Assembly: GCF_009834535.1 (NCBI RefSeq)
Contig: NC_045696.1
Coordinates: forward strand, 33,482,001-33,546,000
Length of the DNA stretch: 64,000 bases
Direction of reading: 5' to 3'
From: Camelus ferus
Lineage: Eukaryota
Shown: positions 12,850 through 27,056 of the stretch, piece by piece
How the letters are laid out: each line of letters opens with the position of its first letter
Numbering within the stretch: the stretch's first letter is position 1
Translations under genes and position numbers: made by a program
The notes under the pieces: model-generated
What the model saw: the letters and a program-made list of their open reading frames with translations, nothing else
The model's database searches: none
Told to the model about the DNA's origin: nothing

Positions 12850-14210
12850 TATTTGAAAACTTTAATTATGAATTTAATATCCTTAATAGATACAGGGTTA
12901 TTTGGATTTCATATTTCCTCTTGTTTCAGTTTTTTTAATTGATTTTTCAATTAATTTGCATATTTTATCTACATTTTCATTTTAATTATAAAGGGATAAA
13001 ATATTTTTATTACTGTTTTACTGCCTTTAGAATATATTGAATAAAATTATCGATTTTCTTGTTTTTTTCTATCACTCTAAAAATTTTGAGATTGTAGTAT
13101 TGGCTGCATATGGTTTCATTATTCTTATTTTAAATTCAATTTTGATTGATATTAATCATACTATGCAAGCTTTTTACTGGCTAGCATTTGCCTGGTAAAA
13201 TTATTTTTTCATTTGTGCATTTTCATACTTTTTATGTATTATTTGATAGCATATTTGTTTAAGGTATATATTTGGTACGCATGACATGGCTGAGATTTTT
13301 TTAAAAAACTCTGATAATTTTAACAAGTGACTTAAAATCTGTTTATAATTTTTTATTACTGATATATTTGGACTCATTTCTCCTATCTTCTATACATTTC
13401 ATCCTCATTTTTCTTTTCTTTTTTTCTTTAGATTCTTTCTGGACTTGTTTTGGATCTTTTCTTACTGATTTGGAAATTAAAGATCTTATTTCTATTATAT
13501 TATCCATTTCATTTAATATTTTATCAAACCAATTTACCTTCATAATATCCTGGGCCTAACATTACTCAGTACATTAATCCCTCTGCCTTAAAAGATGTGA
13601 ATCTCATCACTCTTTAGCTTTTCTATGAACTCAGTCTTGCACATTATTTATTAAATTATTTTATTATTATCATTATTTTATATTTTCCAGCATGTTTTGA
13701 CAAATTTTTAGGGTTTTTTTTTTTGTCTGAGTTAAAACTTAAGATAATCTTTAGTTATTTTCCTAGAATTTCTCAGTGGCTAATTCTCTCTCTACCTGAA
13801 AATGTCACTACTTTTGAGTGACAGTTTAGTTAGATTCAGAATTCTAAATTGACAGTTATTAACCTTCCTCAATTTGGAAAAATTAATCTAATTTGTTTCT
13901 GCAATAAATTTTAACTGATAAAAATTATGTCACATAAATGGAATTTATCTGTAGATCATTTGTTTTACTTTTGGAGTAACTTTTATTTTCTTTTTACCAT
14001 TGATTTTTTAAAAATTTTAATTCAAAATTTCTGGGTTTGCATGCATTTTTATGTTTCTTCTTAAACACTAGATGTTTATTTTCTCTTTCATAATTTACAT
14101 TTTTCTTCAGTTCTTGGAAACTCAGGCACTGTCTTTTGGAACAGTGCCTCTGCATTCTGTGTTTCCTTCTCTACTTCTGACACATTTATTAGATATCTGT
14201 TAGAGCACCT
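12850..14210 (-). mobile_element. Old degenerate L1 (ORF2/ORF1 fragments)
   Basis: T-rich antisense L1 phrases such as 'tccttaatagatacagggttatttggattt' and 'gaattctaaattgacagttatt'. Confidence 0.6.
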
Positions 14211-14211
14211 C

Positions 14212-14671
14212 AGTGGAATACTACTCAGCCTTAAAAAAGAATTGAATAATGTCATTTGCAGCAACATGGATGGACCTGGAGATCATCATTCTAAGTGAAA
14301 TAAGTCAAAAAGAGAAAGAAAAATACCATATATCTCTTATATGTGGAATCTTAAAAATAAAGACATAAATGAACTCATTTTTAAAACAGAAACAGACAGA
14401 CATAGAAAACAAACTTATGGTTACCAGTGGGGAAGGAGGTGGGAAGGGATAAATTGGGAGTTCAAGATTTGCAAATACTATTATATATAAAATAGATAAA
14501 CAACAGATTTCTACTGTATAGCACAGAGAACTGTATTCAATATCTTGTAGTAACCGATAATGAAAAAGAATATGAAAAGAACATATGTATGTATATGTAT
14601 GACTAAAACATTACGCTGTATACCAGAAATTTACACAACATTGTAAACTGAATATACTTCAATTAAAAAAA
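14212..14671 (+). mobile_element. 5'-truncated young L1 3' end
   Basis: Closely similar to 6780-7240 (gcagcaacatggatggacctggag...ttgtaaactgaatatacttcaattaaaaaaa). Confidence 0.92.
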
Positions 14672-16189
14672 TCTGAGCCTATATTGATGATACAGGGCTC
14701 TCATTCTGTAGAGATATTACCAATTCAGTTCTATGTCCTGTGAATGGCTTGACCATGGTCCTGATCATGTAGCTTTCCCCACTCTTCCTTATCTGAGAAG
14801 CAAACAAAGCTGGAAGTAGCCATAAGCTACTTACAAGTATTTAGCCTCCTTTTGTGGACAGAGAGAAGCTCCCCTAGCAGTGGTTCTTCCCAGTGAGCTT
14901 CATTCTCTTCCTTGTCATTTATGAGACGGAAGCTACAAATGTGCTGAAATTCAGACTAAAAAAAAGGATAGAAAATTGCTGTTAATTCTGACCTCTACAT
15001 AGATAGACTTTTGTGATATTTGGAGAGATGTGAGCCCCTATGTTTCTCTTTTCTAAGCTAGCTATCTGTGGGCCAATACATTGTTGCTTGAGTGACTATT
15101 TTCAGATAAAATCATCCTTGTCACACTGCCTTAATATTTCTTGCTTGGCCACCCTCTTTTATAAACATGGAACCAACCTCATATTGAAACTCAAGTTGTG
15201 CATACTCACAGTGAAAAATGAATGGAATTATTTATTGCTTTGATTATTTTAACAAATATAGACCTTTAAATTTTCTCCATCAATATATTTAGTATTATTA
15301 TATTGAGTTTATTATTTTAGATGACCAAAGACATTATACTTTATCTAACCTATCCAGGAGGTGTCGTCTATAATTTTGCTAATTTGCTTTTCATATTTTA
15401 ATCTGATATATTATTAAAAATAAGGCATGGTCAGTGAGAAAGCCCTAAGCTATGCAATTATAGATCTCCCTTGTTCAGGATGTGAGGGGGTCTGTGAAAA
15501 AACAATAGTGCAAACGTTTTTTTAAAGGAAATTTAACCTGATATTCAAATAGATCTTAAGAACCCACTCCTTCTCCAATATATTTAAGAACTACTATTCA
15601 AAAAATCAATAGTGTCAAAATACATAGGATCTAAACTGAAGCTAGTATCAATCCATTTGTTGTATGATACAACTTAACTTTAAGGCATGATTTTAGTATG
15701 ACATTTACTATTCACAAAAAGCAAATTCCTTATCCTATATTAAAATGTTTTGCAAAAAAGAAACACCAGATAGAATAAATTAAAAAAAAAAGTAAAACAA
15801 GAACACTTTTGCTTATAAAGTGTGAAAGTATTTTAATTATCCTAGAAAAATCTATTTGAATTAATGCAGTCAATTATACATTTTTAATGAGCCCATGTCC
15901 CTTTAATCACAAGAATCTGCAGTTGGAAAATGTTTTGTTGAAGTTTTATGATCTTCTTTCAAGAAGGTACACAATGTCTCAGTAATCAAAATCCTCAGTA
16001 TAGCCTCATAAATAAATTTTATAAGTAGTACTATATTTTTAACTTTAAAATTTGTTGTTTTAGTAATAAAAAAACCTAACTTTGATGCAAACCTATATCA
16101 TTTACACTTCTTTATATGAACTTTTTGTTTCCATAGTAAACTTTTCTCTTATTATGACACTTAAAACTTGTTTGTCTTCTGTTTTTAGC

Positions 16190-16305
16190 CTATAAATTCT
16201 ACGAAGGCAGGGGACGTCTTTAATCTTGTTCTCCATTATATTTCCAAACTGTGCTACAATGCCTAGCAAACAGTGCAAGAACAATAAGTATTTTTGATTG
16301 AATTT
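16190..16305 (+). mobile_element. L2 3' end fragment
   Basis: 'gaaggcaggggac..tcttgttc..acaatgcctagcaaacagt..aataagtatttttgattgaat'. Confidence 0.6.
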
Positions 16306-18094
16306 CAGGACAGTCTCAAGGTAAAAGATCTGGGAAACAGAAGATTGAGAACTTCAGCTAAATACTGCTTGATTTTAGCTGCATTTCCCCCCTGAGAAAA
16401 AGATGAGGGTAGATGAAATTATTTCCAAGGTGCAATTCAGCACTGAGGTTTTTATTTTGTCATTTGTGGTTTAAGAATTGGCATGTACTGAAAATATGTA
16501 GAATGTCATCTCCCAAAAGACCTCATTAAATTTTAAGCCAGGCTTGACAGGCATGGATGTTCGGAGAGCCCAGGTGCTGGCTTCAGCACCATATCCCTTT
16601 CCACAATATATAAGCTGCCTTCTACTGTAAGGAAACATACCGCAGCCCTTCACAGTCGCCTTCCCATAGGGGAGGGGCAGCTGGGCACTTCCTGGAGAAT
16701 GAGCACAAACTGCAGTGGGCACAAGGAGCTGGCTCAATTCTATGGGAATTAGGGGTAGCTATAGTTTCGCTGTGTTTAGCGCATAATGGACTCCTTTAAT
16801 TACGCATCTCCAGGGCTTCCTTAGCTGCTAGGAGACCCCACTCAAGTGTTCAATGAAGGAAACCCTCTTGATTCAAAGACTCAGGATATGCGGATTTGTA
16901 TACCCACTGCATCCTGCCCCCCTGGTGCCACTCTAGCCCTCTGTTGCCTGCAGATGGCCCGGCCTGGCAAGCACTCCCCTTGTTCAAAAGGAGATTAGCA
17001 GGTGTTAAAGACCACTGGCTCCTAATCAAGGATTTCCCCTGATGTAATCAGAAAATGAAAGAAGATGGGAAAGAAACTTAGGGATAAAAAGTAAGCAGCT
17101 GTTTGAAGCATTTTATGTAGGAAACAGATACTCATGGATTTTTGATGCACAGAATCACTTAGAGGCCTTCCTGCAATGACAGGAGACTTCCTGTAATCTG
17201 AGCATGAGACTTCACTTGCTAGGTCCCTTTGTCCCCCTGAATTGAACTATTGTACATTTATATAGGTTAACATTCATGCAAATATGAATTGGTAGTAAGA
17301 GAATCAGCGTAACTATTATCCCTTTCAGATATCAGAATTGAATCTCTGAGTGTGGAGAACCAAGCAAAAAGAAATACAAAATTATTCTGAGTAGATACCT
17401 TATCTGGATATATCTGAAACTGAATTATCTGAGGTTGCTAGGATAATTGTTTAGAATGATAATTTACAGGCATATCCAAGTAAAATAAAAGTTATTTATA
17501 CCTGGAATTACTTTTTTGTTTACTTTAAAAATACTATTAAGACGTTTTCCCCTCAATACGTTTTTTTACATGCCTCAATGCACACGAGAAGTGTCTTGCA
17601 GCAGAAGGATAACTTTGCCTTAGCTTAAAATAGAATACAAGTCTATTTTCAGAGAGTAGCAATTATTTGTAGGACTCTTACAATTAAGTAATAGAACAAG
17701 TGAGGAAAATAGTATTTTCAGAATCCATACTGCCCCCCACTGCTGGATCAATATTCTTCAAGTATTCTTTTCACCATGATGTTCTCTGAACTATGGTTTT
17801 TCAGTATTTCTTTAGTGACAGTGCTATCAAACTAAGCTCATCTCTTTAACCCACAAAGCTCTCCACACTGCAACCTATTGCTAGGTTTTTAACCTTAGCC
17901 TTAACACATTTGCAATATTATTCATTTGCTTCAGTGAAATTGGCTTCTTTGCTATCCCTTGCACACGTTAAGGTCAAATCCACCAAGATAATTTAAGAAT
18001 GCCTGTGGCATAGCTCAGAGGAAAATGTGTCTTAATTTTTTATTCATAAGTGAAGGATTTAAAGTCAAACCAAATACATTTTCTTTCTGCCTAG

Positions 18095-18611
18095 TGTAAT
18101 AGGGAAAAACAAATCTGACTCCATATTAGATCTGTATCTTTTACTTTACCCTTCATTCCATTGCTTTTGCTACAGGTTAATCACTACAGGGATGTTGCCT
18201 ATAGCTTAAAGTATACATAATGGCTCACCTCTTGGAACCCTGTTTCCCATGCCTGAACATTAAGTTAAAACATCTTTGTTTAAGCTCACAGGAACCATCC
18301 TGATAAGACTCCCCTATGGATGGCTGCAGGAAGGAAGAAATTAACACATCCCCTGTGAGTCTAGCTGGGACCAGGAAATATCTGCAACAATGCATCTCCT
18401 TTTTTACTTCACCTCCTAACCTCTCTTCCCAACCCCTTTTGCTCTATAAAAGAACTTAACATCCAAACCCGGGGAAAATGGTTCCTTGGGATACTAGGTT
18501 CTCAGTTGGCTGGCTTTCCAAATAAAGTCACTATTCCTTGCCCCAATAACTTGTCTCTCAGTTTAACTGGCCTATCATGCAGCAAGCAGTATGAGCTTAG
18601 ATTCAGTATCA
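18095..18611 (+). mobile_element. ERV1 solo LTR (MER41-like)
   Basis: TG...CA termini, perfect 4-bp TSD CTAG (18091-18094, 18612-18615), TATAAAA at ~18445, AATAAA at ~18522. Confidence 0.88.
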
Positions 18612-19039
18612 CTAGCTTATGATGTTTGAGTCTAAGGCCATATATAAAAAGGATTAAGGAAATCAGTAAGAGAAAATCAACCTGATTCTGATATGCTTCT
18701 ACTAGGTTTCAGGAAAGAATGTCTTCAAAAACGCTGACTGACTCTCACATATATAGTGCCTCATGGAGAGCTTCAAGGTAGCAACTCAGCTGTCACTTGT
18801 CCACTTAGGGTGACTTGTATGACACAGTTAAAGTGTGTGCAGTATACTTTTTAGAAACTATACTAATAAGCACAAGTTTCATTTTCAAATAATTTAAAAA
18901 CCATTTTAAAAAAACACGATAAAATTTCCTATGAAAAATGCATTTTGTATTTGCTGTCACTCATTTTGTAATTATGTGCATTTCTTTAAGAACATATTAT
19001 GCAACATTTCTCTATTGTCAATAAAAGGGGACAATTCTT

Positions 19040-19250
19040 TTTAGTGCACACTAGACCCCAGGCATTACTTTATGTGAAGGGATTTATTTTAATACTCACA
19101 TTTGCTGATGTTTTAGATATTATTATACATCTTTTATAGATAGAAAATCAGGTTCTAAGAGGTAAAGGAGATTGTACAAGTTTGCCTACTCATTAAATGT
19201 TAAGGTCTTGATTAAATAGATCCAAGTGCAAAGTTTGTGCTCTTTTCAAG
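19040..19250 (-). mobile_element. MIR fragment
   Basis: 'tattattatacatcttttatagatagaaaatcaggttctaagaggtaaag'. Confidence 0.55.
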
Positions 19251-19909
19251 TGTGCTAACTTTATTAACATTATAAACCCTGGTTGTAGAATGTAGTTGAT
19301 GTAATATTGTCAATAGGGTTGATCTCAAGCCTGTTGAGTAGTAATGTTTTGTATTTTAGGACCCAGTTTCTATTTCTTGGTCTTCATTTCTCAAGGGAAG
19401 AAATGTTATAGCTCCACAAAATGAAGTGTCATCCTGTAGTGATTAAAAAGACGATTTTTGAAATGCAAGCGTCCTATAAATTAACTAAGCATCCGTCATG
19501 CATATTCTGTTTCTTCTGCTTCCCAAAGGCATCATGTAGTACTACTTGTTCTTCTAAAGTCTCACTTAACTAGTGCCTGCTCAGACGTAAGAAACATTTA
19601 AAATAATAAATTAAATAAATCCATTATAAATTACATATTCTTTCAAGTAGAAATTGCTAAAATGTAAAGCCACTTTGTAGCCTTTACTACATGTTTGTAA
19701 TTATCCTCTGTGCAATTATCCATTTCATATAACAAAGAATGACATATTTCATAGTTAACCAAAGTGCACCAAAATGCTCTTTTCATGGAAAGAATTCTAT
19801 CAATTATATGCCAGTCATTGCTGGTATTGCATCAAAAGGAAATCTTATTTCTCCGGAAAGTGGTATTTAGGAAGATTACATAACTGAACATGATGGCTGT
19901 CATCTTTAA

Positions 19910-19947
19910 GTGTGTGTGTGTGTGTGTGTGTGCACGCGTGTGTGTGT
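19910..19947 (+). repeat. (TG)n microsatellite, interrupted
   Basis: Direct reading. Confidence 0.9.
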
Positions 19948-20624
19948 AGTTCTTCTTGGTGATTCTCAGGGCAATGTTAGATGACTATACATATATAAAA
20001 GACACTGGAAACACATTATTCCTTATATGTGATTGGATTAGAAAACCTGCCTAGAATCTGCTCAATTTAGATTTTAAACATTTTTCTTTATTGAAAGTAA
20101 TGGAAAAATATAAATAATGGAACATTGAGAAAATCAAGAGTTGAAATAACTCATTGATGAATAAATCCTATTGATCACAATATCTGAAGTCAAAACTGTG
20201 TTGCTGTCTTATTCAAAGAGAAAAGGAAAGTGATTTTTTTTAATTTACTGTGTTTATAGGAAAAACATTAGAAAGTGTCAGTCAGTGGTGATGTCTTCTC
20301 AATTTCTGACTTCTTATGTTCATCTGTACTGCTAAGCTTTTAGTAGTTACTAGGCTGATGAAGCTAATGAAATGCCAAGACTGCATGATACCACATAGCT
20401 GTGCTATTTGCAGTCTACCTAATTATTTTCTTATTTTTGGTGATGATACTATTTCAATAAACTCACAGCAGTTTGTTTGTTGTTGTTGTTCTTAAACTCT
20501 GTAATACAAATTCTCTATATTTCTTTTGGAAGAAAAATTAGATGAGGATAACTTATTTCAAAAGCCCCCAAATAAAAATCATACTCCTCAATAAACAGTA
20601 TGATGCAATCACTTTCAGTGCCTA

Positions 20625-20964
20625 TGTCTTAGTCAGTTTGGTCTGCTATAATAAATGACCGTAGCCTGTGTGCCTTATTATTTATTTGTCACAGTTCTGG
20701 GAACTGGGAAGTCCAGGATCAAGGTGCCAGCAGATTCAATATTTGATGAGGGCCCACTTCCTGGTTTACAGATGGCCATCTTCCCATTGTATCCTCACAC
20801 AACAGAGAGCAGAGAGAGGAGCAAGCTGTCTCAGATCTTTTTTATAAGAGCACTAATCGCAGTCACGAGGCTCTACCTTCATGACCCAATCTCCTAGTAT
20901 CACCATATGGAGAGATTAGTATTTCAATGTATAGTTTTGCAGAGTACACAGTCAGTCCATGACA
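20625..20964 (-). mobile_element. MaLR solo LTR (MLT1A-like)
   Basis: tgtcttagtc...cacagttctggg..ctgggaagtccaggatcaaggtgccagcagatt...cagtccatgaca; degenerate 5-bp TSD gccta/gcttg. Confidence 0.85.
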
Positions 20965-21004
20965 GCTTGTGAAAAATATCATTTTGAGATTATTATTAGA
21001 ATCT

Positions 21005-21230
21005 TGTGGCATTTAAAAATTCAAGCTCTGGAATTTACAACTGGGTTCAAATTTTGGATTTATAATTTACTATCTTGGCCTTGGGCAAGATAATTAACCT
21101 GTGATTTAGTTTCTCCTCTGCAGAAGGGAAGTATTAAATGAGTATTAATTGAATTAATATGAATTAAACTCTAAGAGCAGTAATTTTGAAAAATATAAGT
21201 GCTCAATAAATATTTGTTGTTATTATTACT
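21005..21230 (+). mobile_element. MIR
   Basis: 'ctgggttcaaat..ccttgggcaagataattaacct..agtttc..gctcaataaatatttgttgttattatt'. Confidence 0.75.
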
Positions 21231-21645
21231 TCTTACTTTTACTATTTTCTTGAAGGGGAACCAGGGGCAAAAAATTAGAAACGATTGGCTTTATTTCTTA
21301 TTTTAGTTATCTTATTAGAGTCTGTCAGAAATTTTATCAAGGGTTGTCAAAGAGTTGGGTCCACATTGGTGAACTGGACAAGTGATGGACTAGAAATGGG
21401 TATTTTGGAAGTGAAATAACGAGGTTCCACTGAATGTACATCATATACACATTGCTGAGTTGTGTTCTGTATCATTGTGAGTACGTGAATTTCTACATGT
21501 TGATGAGATCACTTTTAATGTTCTTGTATTTAACATCAAGAAATGCCAATGTGTCAGATATGGGATTCCTGTGACTGCTGGAAAGAGCAGACTGAATTAT
21601 GCCAGTACCAGAATAGAAGAATGACTTGTAAATACAGAAATTATG

Positions 21646-21654
<9 letters not shown>

Positions 21655-21688
<34 letters not shown>
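21655..21688 (+). repeat. (CA)n microsatellite
   Basis: Direct reading. Confidence 0.9.
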
Positions 21689-21690
<2 letters not shown>

Positions 21691-21859
21691 TCAATATGAA
21701 GGAAAAGGATGAATGTATATGAATGTCATTAAGCAAAGTAAAGGATTCACTATAGTATTCCAGAATAAGGCAAGAGAGTAGTAATTACAAATCTACATTA
21801 CCTTATAAAACAACGTGGAACTCTAAGGATAAAAAAAAAAGCAAAAACAACTTTTTTTT

Positions 21860-22030
21860 TTATATTTAACTATGAGTTAGTCACTGTGCTAAGCAGTTCT
21901 TTACATGCAATGTCTAAATCTATCTTTCCAGTAAGCCTCTGAGGTAGCCATTTTAGAGATAATGAAACCCAAGTTCAGAGAGGATAAATGGTAAAAAGTG
22001 AGCTCAAAATCCAAGTTAAATTCAACACCA
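21860..22030 (-). mobile_element. MIR fragment
   Basis: 'cactgtgctaagc..ctctgaggtagccattttagagataatgaaacc'. Confidence 0.65.
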
Positions 22031-22176
22031 AATTATTTCAGATAAGCTAAAAGCACATAAGTAGATCAAAAGAATGTCTAATGAGGTCGATTTTCATTAA
22101 TGCAGACTAACAGAAGGAACACATGGGAATGTCAGTTATAAGCATAAGTCAGTAACTGGAAGACCAAATTAATGAA

Positions 22177-22662
22177 TGTATTAGTTTCCTATTGCTGCTG
22201 TAACAAACTGCAACAGATGTAGTGGCTTAAAACAAATTTATTATCTTACAGTTCTGGATGTCAGAAATCTGAAATGAATCTCACAAGTCTAAAATCAAAG
22301 ATCTAGTGGCTCTTAAAGAGAATTTATTTTCTTGCCTTTTCTAGTTTCTAGAAATTGACTGAATTCTTTGGGTCATGATACTTTTTCATCTTCCAAGATA
22401 CCAATGGTCGGCTGAATTTCACATCTCACCACTCTGACGTTAATTCTTCTTTTTTGTTTTTCCACATTTAAGGACCCCATGATTACATTTGATCCTGATA
22501 ATTCAGGATAATCTCTCTCCTTTAAGGTCACATGACTAATAACCTTGATTCCATCTTCCACCTTAATTCCCCTTTCCATGTAATGTAACATATTCACAGA
22601 TTCCAGGGATTCAAATGTGGACATCTTTGGGGGTGGGGATAGTCATTACTCTGACTACCACA
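22177..22662 (-). mobile_element. MaLR solo LTR (MLT1D-like)
   Basis: tgtattagtttcctattgctgctgtaacaaa...tggacatctttggggg..ctgactaccaca. Confidence 0.88.
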
Positions 22663-23999
22663 GTGAGGAAGGTATGAAACACCCTGGGCAGAAGTTATTG
22701 GGACACATGCACCAGAAAACTGAGACTTATTGCAATTCAGCAATATAAGACCACATCACACAGATCAGTATGTGACGCTCCAAAGATGCCTTGACATCCT
22801 TCTGGAGTAAGTTACTGAAATAAGATTATTGCAGCTTTGCGTGAGGACCTAAAGAAAGATATACAAACCAGAACTCAACAATCATGTTTTGTTGGGTTCT
22901 ATAAACACTTCAAAATTTAGGTTTCTGGCTTCTCTGTGTAACTGGTAGATCTGTGCCAGTATTCCTGTAATTCTCTCAATTTGCTAAATCTGAGTAGTGA
23001 TTGCCATCTTTCGATGAAGTGTATACTTCCTCTGGGTTCCTAATACTCCCATTGTTTCCTGAAATAATGGTTTTGTGTCACTGTTTATGATCACTCTTCT
23101 CATACTTGCATTTTATATGGTTAAAAAAAAATCTCTTTACGAATGAAGTAAAGGATGGACCAAGAAGTCCAAGTATCTCAAGAAAAATGTTAGAGGGTAT
23201 TTCTCTAACAATGAAAGTGAGTAAGAAGTGAAGAAAATTTACTTTACAGCCAACTTGCTTCATTCACTTATAGGACCTGTTTGTCCCCTGCAGAGTTTTG
23301 AGTTTCTGACCCTGAGTCTCTGAGAGGTAGGTGAATAGGTGTGCCTTCTGGAGAGTTATAATGAAGACTGTATGACTCAACACACTTGGCTATGATTCAA
23401 CTTTTCCAACTTTAGAGGGGTTTTGTGAGAATAACCATGTAATGATTTTAGCTGAAAATTTTACCCAGCAAAGCAGAATTGAATGTTTTTATCAAATATT
23501 TACTGTGCATGAACCACACTACATTTCTTTTTTGCAAGTTTTAATACACTTTTAAAATGTCTTAAAAATTGTATCATCAGATAAATGTGATGTCTGGGTC
23601 TAAAGCTAGACACTAAACTCAGAAATTGAGCCAAGGGAAATACTTGCGTGAATTTAATAATTTAATGCAAACTGAAAATAAAAACAAATTTAAATGTCAA
23701 AAAATAAAGCCCAGAAGTCAAGAAAGGTGATGAGATGGATGAAAAATAAATCCATTAAAAGTAACTCATCACCAGGAATCATACTACTAACTGTTAGGCA
23801 TATAGTTTCACCATAATACCTGTACTTTCACTTTTTAAACATTCATTCATTAATTCATTCAGGATTTATTGAGTGCTCTGGATATATATGGATTAATAAG
23901 AAAAATTTCTGAACCTAAGTATTAGAACAGTAGAAAACATACCCTCTACTTGATTATGAAAATCAATTTACTCACTTCGGAGTGTCCTAAAATTCAAAT

Positions 24000-25400
24000 T
24001 ATATCATCCTCTGTTTTTTTAAAGGTTTTTATTTCCTAAATGATAGATAGAATTTCACATTGTGGGTTGACACAGATTTTCCTTTTCACAAGATAATATT
24101 CTATTTTCTTTTGTCATTTGTTACTTCTGCCTTACATCAAAGTCTCAATCCCTTCTTAGAGAATCAATCTTGTTCCTAATGTTGCTTTTAGGAGTGCTTT
24201 TTTTATATTTGAAGTTCTTCTATATTTGACTGGATGTAGACTGATTCTTATGTAAATCTTGGAAGGAGGTTGTGCTACTTTCATCTGAAGCCGAGTTTCT
24301 TCAAGCATTTAAAATTATCAGTAATTACCTCCTTAACTATTACCTCTTCCCTCCCTTTCTCTCTGCATGGATGTTCTAATAAACATGTAGTAGACCTTTC
24401 TTCTTCTTTGTTCATTTGAATCTTTCTTTAACATTTTCCACATCTATATCTCCCTGTATTTCATTCTGGGTGATCTGACCATTGAGGACACCAGATCATT
24501 TTCTTACTATAATTAAATCACTACTTTTTAAGTTACAATGACACCACTGTTTCCAAAATAAAATTTACCCTTCCACTTAGTTCTTTTTCCAAGCTACTTG
24601 TTCTTATTTCATGTTCTTCTATTCTTTTTTTAAAATTCAGATATCTTATTTTACCTTTTGAATCATCCAAGATACATCTGTATTGTGGTGTTTTCTCCAT
24701 CATTTTCAATTCTGTGAAAGAAAGTCTTAACTTTTCTGTTTTCATTAACCACCTCTTCATCTGTGTTTTTAGGTTGGCTTATTTGTTTGTTTTTGTCATC
24801 TTCTTTCCTAAATGATATTGTTAGCCCTTCTTCAGTGAGACCTGTTTTCTGTTTTCACAACTTACCCCTCAGTTGTGAAAGGTTTTGGATAGAAGGTTTT
24901 GTTTACTTTTTCAAGAGCTTAAGGATGTATATGGTTCTGTTTTATGTTAATTTCTTGGTCTGGGTTCCTGCACCACATTGTAAATTAAATTGGAACCTGC
25001 AACTCTAAATAACCCAGGATGAAACTTCAATTCCTCACCACTGATTTATTATCCCCCCCTGCATGGCTATGACAGATGTCAAATGTCCTTTTTGTTCACC
25101 TGGCTTATAGACAGAGCTTTACAAGTCACTTTTCTTTGGTGGAACAGCTCCTCAGAGTTGTGTAAGACCTGGCAACCACTTGCCAAGTTGAGGATGCATA
25201 CCCTGACCTGAGCTAGATCCAACAGCATCTAGACCAGCATCATTTGGCTTCAAGAGCTTCAGTACTTTTCTGGTATTGACTTCTTTCTTTGTTTTAAAGG
25301 CTATGTATTTACACTTGTTTTTTCTCAAAAATGTATTTAAATGTTGATTTAATTTTTTCATCAATCACTGGGTATTTTTACATGTTCATAAAGGGACCAG
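24000..25400 (-). mobile_element. Very old L1/HAL1-like ORF1 and 5' region
   Basis: Coiled-coil-like remnant ORF 24533-24760 and antisense L1-type T-rich phrases. Confidence 0.45.
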
Positions 25401-26597
25401 TTTATAGCACATACAATTATCTTCTTGCTGAAGTTCCTTAACCCATGATTTTTTATTAATTGATATACTTTTATGATCTACATCCAGTAGGTTAAGTGCT
25501 TCTGGTAATTAAGTTGGGGTTTTATTTATACATCTCCATTACAACTATTTTAATGAAGAGTTAACATAATTTAACAAAAAGTTTTTTCTTAAAATCCTGA
25601 CATATGATTCATTAACTGTATTCTGATGTCCATAGAGGCAAAAATATAATGATATAAGCCCTTTTTATATTATCCCAGTACTGTAAGATATTGTGAAATT
25701 TGCTTTGATATTATTTCCGGAACAACGGAGTACTATGCAAGTTAGGAGCTGTAAAGAGTCAATGAAGTTGTCCTTGGTAACTGTAACACTCAGGTGACTT
25801 AATCATCAGACTACTCTGGTTTACTGGTAACAAAGAGGAATGTGAACTCTAACTCTTACTCCTTAAAAAGAAATACATGAATACAGGAACATTTGTATTT
25901 CTACTTGTAGGCCTGAAAGAGACACATTGGAATAGTCTTAAATCTGATTTAATTTGGGGGGGATCTGAAAACATTAAAGAAATCTTGTATTTGATATTAA
26001 GACTATTACAACGTTCTTTTCATTGGTCTCATTATAGGACTTTCCTTCAATTTCAAACTGTATTTAATTTTTAATAAAATAGTGCTCATTTTGAAGCAAT
26101 GATATCTATCATATAATTAAACTAAGTTCCACATAGTCAAAGTATGAGATAATTTAAGCCGAGTGTACTGACAGTTAATTCTAATACATTTTTTAGTGCA
26201 CCAGTGTTCTTTTTCTTCCTCTCTCTACTTTCCCACAAGTTTAGACAAGATTAAAGCCTCCAAAAAAAAGCACTCAGAAAACTAATTGGAAGAACTATAA
26301 AGTAAACCAAATCCAACATTCTTATTAAGTTAGAATTAGTTAAATCTCTCCATCTAGAGAAAAAGATTAAAGGCTAAAGAGAAGGATCTTGAAGGGTTTT
26401 TGACACCAGTGTGCCCTCAAGTCCCAAAGACCAAGGCTGGATCCACGTATGGAGATGCGAATGTAAGATCGGAGCAAAAAAGACTTTTTGTACGAGGAAA
26501 ACTTCTACATCACTTGGCACGCACACTTTTTATATAATCCTAAATGCTTCTGATGCCAAGAAAAGTTTCAAGCTGAATTAAAAGGCTACATCCTCCT

Positions 26598-27056
26598 AAA
26601 AAGAATTAAATAATGCCATTTGCGGCAACATGGATGGACCTGGAGATTGTCACTGTTAGTGAAGTAAGCCAGAAAGAGAAAGAAAAATAGTAATCATATC
26701 CGGAATCTTGAAAAAAAAAAAAAAAAAAAGACACTGCTGAACTCATCTACAAAACAGAAACAGACTCATAGACATAGTAAACAAATTTATGGTTACCGGG
26801 GCGGCGGGGAATGGGGTGGTAAGGCATAAATTGGGAGTTTGAGATTTGTAATTATTAACTACTATATATATATATAATAGATAAACAGCAAGTTTCTACT
26901 CTATACCACAGGAAACTATATTCAATATTTTGTAATAACCTATAATGAAAAAGAATATGAAAATTAATATATGCATGTATATATATGAATGAAGCATTAT
27001 GCTGTACACCAGAAACTGACACATTGTAAACTGACTATATTTCAATGAAAAAAAAA
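26598..27056 (+). mobile_element. 5'-truncated young L1 3' end
   Basis: Same 3' UTR family as 6800-7240 and 14212-14671. Confidence 0.92.
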
